Part shown: one piece after another, positions 58,430 to 64,000 of the stretch
Numbering within the stretch: position 1 is the first letter of the stretch
Layout: every line of letters begins with the position of its first letter
Virus record (IMG/VR): IMGVR_UViG_3300031993_000008
Span: 96,001-160,000 of that record
Strand: one strand, 5' to 3'
Source of the DNA: a virus
Lineage: Duplodnaviria > Caudoviricetes
Length of the DNA stretch: 64,000 nt
Position numbers and translations under genes: made by a program
The notes under the pieces: model-generated
Seen by the model: the letters and a program-made list of their open reading frames with translations, nothing else
Told to the model about the DNA's origin: nothing
The model's database searches: none

Positions 58430-60418
58430 ATGGGATATAAAACATGGTCAAATGAATCTGTTGGTAGTTATGCAGGAAGAGGTTTATATAAAAATGGTAC
58501 ATCCGGAGGTGCAGACCTTTTTGCTCCTGATGCAAGTATAATAACTGTTGCTAGGGGAACAACTCTTGTGTATATGGAAACATTGACAGCAGGTATGTCT
58601 GGAGATTATTTGGGATTGCGTAATAGTCCAAGTGGTAGTAGAAACACTTGGATATCAACTGGTTTATATTCATATCAAAGTTATTATGTAGCAGACCTTG
58701 GTGGTGGACCTGGAGGAACTTTTAATGGAACATATGGAGGTAATACCTGTACTGCAATATTTACAATGGAGTCTTATCCTAACCAATCACAGATTTATGG
58801 TCATGCCGAGGGCTCTTGTCAAAGGAATGGAGATGGAAGTCAAGATTTTGAGGCAAGATATGTTAAAACCAGTAGTGGGTTGGAAACATGGGCATCCATA
58901 ACAGATGTACATGGTTATACATATGCTGCCATAACTTTGAATACTGATAGTTACAATGGTTGGTATCATTACTCATATTTATTTTATGGTGGTTTTACTT
59001 ATAATATTACACTTCAGGTATATTGTCCAACTAATGCATATGAAGGTATTGCTGTATTTAATACTACAAAATCAAATAATCAAACAAGTACACAAATAAA
59101 AAACTTAAGTGGTGTACTGTATTATTGTCAGGCAAATGAAAATGGTGGATATAAAAATTTTGATTATACTCCATCTTCAAATACAACTCTTCATTTTTAT
59201 TTTAGGAGGAATGGTGATGTTATAACAAGTAATTATTGGCGCCGTGCATATATAAAAATTGTTATGAAAAACAATGTGGTTGTGTATGGTAATGGTAATG
59301 GTGATTCTACTACTACATATAAAATAGCACCATATGTTGCCAATAGTGGTGTAATCATAACTCCAAAAACCAGAACTGGTTCAAATGGTATAGCATATAC
59401 ATTTAAAGGTTTCTTTACTTCTTCTGCTGGTGGTGATAGTCGTTTTGATTCTACCGGAAAAATAGTGGATAAAGATAAGATATTATATTCCAATGGTTCA
59501 TATTATTATAATGTGTATGCTGGTTGGGGAAACACAATTTCCTACAGTCCTTATACCACAACAGTCGGTACATATTGTACAACAGCAGCATCTGTTGCTA
59601 ATAGTGCTACAGGAAATGTATCAGTAAAGGTGGCTGCTGAACCTGCAAAGTGTGCATCTGGTGAAACATTGTCTGTATCAGTCAGCCCTAATTACAGGTG
59701 GCCTACTATAAACAGTGATGCACAATATCTGACTGTATCAAATGGATTGGCTGGAGGTCAGACATATGGTGGTCCTAATGTGTATATTTCATCCAAGAGT
59801 GGAAGTAATTATCAGTCTATGGAACTGTCAAAATCTCTTCCATCCATTAGACTTTCCAAAGTTGCTGTAACTACATATGGTACACCCACCACTCCTACAA
59901 TTACACAAACCAGAAATATTTATCCTTCAGTATATTCTATAAATAGTAATAATGTGACAACCTTTTTCAGCGGAAAAAATTCAACACAGACCATTACTTA
60001 TACCAATGGTGCCACAAGAAATGGAAGTATAACATATGAATGGGGCGGAAGTAAAACATTGGATTTGGGTATGACATATATGCCTAGTAGTTCAACAGTC
60101 AATTTCAATAACAGTGTATATGTTTGTGCAAAGGGTGAAAACAGTATATATTCTTCAAAAGCATATATATCAACTGCTACAGTTGCATCAAATGTAATTA
60201 CAAATCTGTATCTGCTTGAACCTTATAATCAGGAATCATCACAACCTGATGATCTTTATTGGGCTGACCCGAATAGTAGTCAAAGACTTTTTTTAATAGT
60301 TGCAAGGTATACATCTGGTGAAGAAAGGGAAATCTTAAATAATAACGGTAATCTCCATTATAGTTATTATGCATCTCCTTCTGATATGTTGTCTATGGTT
60401 ATGATATCTTGGTATTAA
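58430..60418 (+). CDS. Fibre/adhesin paralog B (same architecture as A)
   Basis: TRTGSN..YTFKGFFTS..YAGWGNTISY; VARYTSGEEREI. Confidence 0.65.
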   Translation: MGYKTWSNESVGSYAGRGLYKNGTSGGADLFAPDASIITVARGTTLVYMETLTAGMSGDYLGLRNSPSGSRNTWISTGLYSYQSYYVADLGGGPGGTFNGTYGGNTCTAIFTMESYPNQSQIYGHAEGSCQRNGDGSQDFEARYVKTSSGLETWASITDVHGYTYAAITLNTDSYNGWYHYSYLFYGGFTYNITLQVYCPTNAYEGIAVFNTTKSNNQTSTQIKNLSGVLYYCQANENGGYKNFDYTPSSNTTLHFYFRRNGDVITSNYWRRAYIKIVMKNNVVVYGNGNGDSTTTYKIAPYVANSGVIITPKTRTGSNGIAYTFKGFFTSSAGGDSRFDSTGKIVDKDKILYSNGSYYYNVYAGWGNTISYSPYTTTVGTYCTTAASVANSATGNVSVKVAAEPAKCASGETLSVSVSPNYRWPTINSDAQYLTVSNGLAGGQTYGGPNVYISSKSGSNYQSMELSKSLPSIRLSKVAVTTYGTPTTPTITQTRNIYPSVYSINSNNVTTFFSGKNSTQTITYTNGATRNGSITYEWGGSKTLDLGMTYMPSSSTVNFNNSVYVCAKGENSIYSSKAYISTATVASNVITNLYLLEPYNQESSQPDDLYWADPNSSQRLFLIVARYTSGEEREILNNNGNLHYSYYASPSDMLSMVMISWY

Positions 60419-60445
60419 ATAAAATAAAATAATTAACAATTAAAT

Positions 60446-63400
60446 ATGGCCAATGCTTTACTAATATCACCATTACATCACGGAACAGGTTCTTTTACTA
60501 TAACCTGTGAAAACTATACCAGGAACTTTAATGCTGAAGTGGGATGTTATGGTAATGCATCTTTTAGTACTACCATTAACACCGGGACCTTGAAATATGA
60601 CGGTTCCGCAAAAAATCTCACATCATCAACAAGTACATCTGGTATATCATCATATTCATTGGGTTATAAGAAGGGGTCTCAAGCAACAAGTGATAGTCAG
60701 ATAACATGGCAGACAAACCCTTCAGGTGGTAAACTCACTGCAACTGATGCTGGTACATATTATATTTACAAAAAGTATACTGTCAATAGGGATTATTGTG
60801 GAAGTGATCTCGCATATACCTATGTGGGTTCAAAGGTCATAGGATGTGGTGATGCTTATGTAGCAACAAATGGATGGACACATAATGGAAGTCAGTATAT
60901 GGAGTATAATCCTATGGACTCCCAGAAGGTCTATCTTAAAACAAAGAATAATACTGGTAGTCTAACCCAACCAGGAAGTGTTACATATGCCGATGGTTAT
61001 TCTACTTCCGGAACATGGACTCTTTATTCTGATAGTGGTGGATATTATATTATGATTCCTGCTGGTATTCATGGAGGAACCTGGTCAGTTACAGCAAGTT
61101 TTTCAATTGCTGCTTCATCTGATGGAAACTATTGTTCCGGTACAAAATCTATAACATGGAGTATATATATTGCCTGCAGACTACCTGACCTTGAGATTTC
61201 CGGATATGATGCTGATTATATTGTAGATCATTCAGGTACTCTTAATATTACATCCACATATCCAGATTCTGCTGATTTTACTATTTCAACCGGATATGCA
61301 CCTGTTGATTTTTATGCTGGAGGTTATCCTGCATCATCTGATTATATTTTGTATTATGAGGGAAGAATAGGGGCACATGAAAGCACAACTTTTTATCAGT
61401 TGGAAGAAGTAGGTTATGAAGAATTTTATGTATGCTTTGTTTCACCTAATTATGAAAATTGGTGTCATTTCCCAGGTTATCCTGACCAGGATTCCATACA
61501 GGTAACTGTTACTGTTCAGAAATACACACCTACTATCACATTTACCAATTTAACCAAAAAATATAATGGAACAGTCCTTACACCAAACGCAATTGTATCA
61601 TTACCTTCTGGAGGTAAGAGACTGAAAGGTACAATACATTATGGTTACACCGGTTCATCAGGTGACCACTATGTATCTTATGATAGTAATACTGGTTATA
61701 TATGGTTGGAAGATGCTGAAATAAGAGATGTTGGAAGTAGAAATGTTTGGGCGTGGTTTGAACCTGATAGTACATGCAATGATGTATATAATAACAGTCC
61801 AAGTGATAGTGGTAGTATAGCCAGTACAACAATATCTGTAACCAAGGGTGACAATCCGATGACATTGTCAAAATCATCAGTAACACTTTATAGTGATGCT
61901 TATTGTTCTACATACAAGACTGCATCCATTACTGTAAATAACAATGCAGGTACACCAACTGCATCTTCAAGCAATACAAGTGTTGCAACTGTATCTGCAT
62001 TTAATTCATCCAACAATACATTTACTGTAACTTATGTTGGTGCGGGTTCAGCTACAATAACAGTGACAGACCCTGGTAACTCAAATTACAATTCAGGTAC
62101 AAAGACCTGTTCTGTTACATGTTATGTTGATGAAGAATATTCAACACAATATAAAGACCAGGCATGTACAACACAGGGTGTAAACATAACTTATGGTACA
62201 CCAACTGTAACTATTGGTAATTCTCCCGGACTTACCTGTGCCGGTGGTAGTGCAACAGTTTCTTGTTCTGTGACTAACAGTAGTAGTTGGTATCAGAAAT
62301 GGAAATCAGGATGTGTAAAACCACACAGTGGTTCTCCAACCGGAACAGCAACATGGTCTATCACAACCCAGACATTCACTCCTTCTGGTGGAAGTGCATC
62401 AACTATAACCAGATTCAGTAGTTCAGGTAATACATTGTCACATGCAACAATGGGAACAAATGTGGGTACTGACTATGTAAAGATTACAGCAGTTAATTCT
62501 GGTGATTCATCAAAGACTGCAATAGCAGAGAAGAGTATAACCAATAGTGTCACTAATTCTGATTATAATGCAACTAACAGTAATTATACTGCTAGTGTAT
62601 CAATAGGTAATGGACTTACTTGTGCCGGTGGTAGTGCAACTGTAACAGCAAGTGCATCACACACCCACACATATTATTACCTGTATTGTTCAGGTTCAAC
62701 AAGTGGACCTTACACTTCAACCCCAAGTGATACTGTAACATGGTCTATTACATCACAGACATTCACTCCTTCTGGTGGAAGTGCATCAACTATAACCAGA
62801 TTCAGTAGTTCAGGTAATACATTGTCACACTCATCAATGGGAACAAATGTTGGTGTTGATTATGTAAAGATTACAGCAACTAATGCAGGAAATAGTAATG
62901 CTACTGCAACAGCAGAAAAGAGTATAACCAATAGTGTCACTAATTCTGATTATAATGCAAGTAACAGTAATTATACTGTCAGTGTAACTATTAGTGGTGG
63001 TCCTGTGGCTGGTACAAGTAGTGCCACTGTAACAACAAATGCATCACACACCCACACATATTATTACTTGTATTGTTCAGGTTCAACAAGTGGACCTTAC
63101 ACCTCAACTGTATCTGATGGCGCATCTTGGTCTATTACATCACAGACATTCACTCCTTCTGGTGGTAGTGCATCAACTATAACCAGATTCAGTAAGAATG
63201 CATCAACCGGTAAGTTGGATCACTCATCAATGGGAACAAATGTAGGTACTGACTTTGTAGAGATTACAGCAATCAATACTGGTGATAATACTGCAACTGC
63301 AAGCACAAGTAGGAGTATAACCAATGCTATAACTGATTATGATTATAATGCATCCAATAGTAATTATAATGTTAGTGTATCAATAGGTGATGGTTTGACT

Positions 63401-64000
63401 GCTGGTGGTGGTAGTGCAACTGTGACTGCATCAGGAAGTCACACTCGTACTTATTATTATTATTATAATTCTGGTTCAACAAGTGGACCTTACACTTCAA
63501 CCCCAAGTGATACTGTAACATGGTCTATTACAACCCAGACATTCACTCCTTCTGGTGGAAGTGCATCAACCATAACCAGGTTTAGTAAGAATACATCAAC
63601 TGGTAAGTTAGATCACTCAACAATGGGAACAAATGTAGGTACAGATTATATAAAGATTACAGCTACTGGAGGAAATAATACCACTGCAACAGCAGAAAAG
63701 AGTATAACCAATGCTTTAACCAATAGTAATTTTAATCCATCAGGATATACAGTAGATGTATCAATAGGTAATGGTCTTGGTCCTGGTGCAAGTAGTGCAA
63801 CTGTAACTGCAAGTGCATCACATGTTGCTTATAATTATTATACATCTGGATCTGCTGATCCATCAACACATACAGTAAATGATAGTGTTTCTTGGTCTAT
63901 TACATCACAGACATTTAACACATCAACTGTAATTACCAGGTTTAGTAAATCAGGTAATACTTTGTCACATAGTAGTATGAATGATACTGTAGGTACAGAT
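60446..64000 (+). CDS. Giant Ig-repeat fibre/shaft protein, at least 1185 aa, runs off the window (not in the ORF track)
   Basis: ATG 60446; same frame as the repeats at 62369 onward; Big_2 motif SSSNTSVATV...GAGSATITVT at ~61860-62120; BACON-like repeats. Confidence 0.85.
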   Translation, partial: MANALLISPLHHGTGSFTITCENYTRNFNAEVGCYGNASFSTTINTGTLKYDGSAKNLTSSTSTSGISSYSLGYKKGSQATSDSQITWQTNPSGGKLTATDAGTYYIYKKYTVNRDYCGSDLAYTYVGSKVIGCGDAYVATNGWTHNGSQYMEYNPMDSQKVYLKTKNNTGSLTQPGSVTYADGYSTSGTWTLYSDSGGYYIMIPAGIHGGTWSVTASFSIAASSDGNYCSGTKSITWSIYIACRLPDLEISGYDADYIVDHSGTLNITSTYPDSADFTISTGYAPVDFYAGGYPASSDYILYYEGRIGAHESTTFYQLEEVGYEEFYVCFVSPNYENWCHFPGYPDQDSIQVTVTVQKYTPTITFTNLTKKYNGTVLTPNAIVSLPSGGKRLKGTIHYGYTGSSGDHYVSYDSNTGYIWLEDAEIRDVGSRNVWAWFEPDSTCNDVYNNSPSDSGSIASTTISVTKGDNPMTLSKSSVTLYSDAYCSTYKTASITVNNNAGTPTASSSNTSVATVSAFNSSNNTFTVTYVGAGSATITVTDPGNSNYNSGTKTCSVTCYVDEEYSTQYKDQACTTQGVNITYGTPTVTIGNSPGLTCAGGSATVSCSVTNSSSWYQKWKSGCVKPHSGSPTGTATWSITTQTFTPSGGSASTITRFSSSGNTLSHATMGTNVGTDYVKITAVNSGDSSKTAIAEKSITNSVTNSDYNATNSNYTASVSIGNGLTCAGGSATVTASASHTHTYYYLYCSGSTSGPYTSTPSDTVTWSITSQTFTPSGGSASTITRFSSSGNTLSHSSMGTNVGVDYVKITATNAGNSNATATAEKSITNSVTNSDYNASNSNYTVSVTISGGPVAGTSSATVTTNASHTHTYYYLYCSGSTSGPYTSTVSDGASWSITSQTFTPSGGSASTITRFSKNASTGKLDHSSMGTNVGTDFVEITAINTGDNTATASTSRSITNAITDYDYNASNSNYNVSVSIGDGLTAGGGSATVTASGSHTRTYYYYYNSGSTSGPYTSTPSDTVTWSITTQTFTPSGGSASTITRFSKNTSTGKLDHSTMGTNVGTDYIKITATGGNNTTATAEKSITNALTNSNFNPSGYTVDVSIGNGLGPGASSATVTASASHVAYNYYTSGSADPSTHTVNDSVSWSITSQTFNTSTVITRFSKSGNTLSHSSMNDTVGTD
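62200..64000 (+). repeat. About five tandem 372-393 bp (~129 aa) domain repeats
   Basis: Marker cagacatt at 62369, 62756, 63143, 63536, 63908. Confidence 0.9.

Noticed and set aside
60416-60445. Read-through fusion of fibre paralog B with the shaft gene
   Set aside because: Same frame, but three TAA codons and a typical AT-rich initiation region lie between them.
1-64000. Active stop-codon recoding (code 15 or 4)
   Set aside because: Long genes are intact under code 11 and coding density is already near complete.
62200-64000. DGR template/variable repeats or CRISPR array
   Set aside because: The repeats are in-frame ~129-aa domains, differences are not adenine-specific, there are no spacers, and no RT or cas gene is in the window.

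Overview
A 64 kb, AT-rich, densely coding piece of a T4-like jumbo myophage genome. The host is probably an anaerobic Bacteroidetes: three exact TTTG-N20-TAnnTTTG promoters, a class III RNR, and Listeria-Bacteroides/BACON-like repeats point that way. Standard genetic code, but TAG stops are almost unused. Virion genes: gp6/gp7-like wedge, tail tube-like, gp4, tape measure-like, gp26-like, gp27-like hub, gp14-like neck, gp16-like small terminase, and Ig-repeat fibre genes. Replication and nucleotide genes: 5'-3' exonuclease, gp32 SSB, primase, nrdD/nrdG, guanylate kinase-like. Host-like genes: ribosomal protein S1-like, sigma-70 factor, DnaK, GroES. Also three tandem DNA methyltransferases, two homing-endonuclease-like genes, a MATCAP/DUF1704-like peptidase and a vWA-peptidase/MoxR pair. 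No tRNA, rRNA or CRISPR array was seen. Most notable: (1) a free-standing mini-intein with only 7+5 aa exteins that would splice to an RNR active-site peptide (NP|CGE), directly upstream of nrdD; (2) a Big_2 Ig domain split between two alternative paralogous fibre genes and a shared repeat shaft gene; (3) a T4 CTS-like packaging motif plus late promoter marking likely injected effectors; (4) a covarying hairpin cassette on both endonuclease genes; (5) a three-class promoter system; (6) CG depletion that spares CCGG. All family calls are by-eye motif recognition, not database searches.
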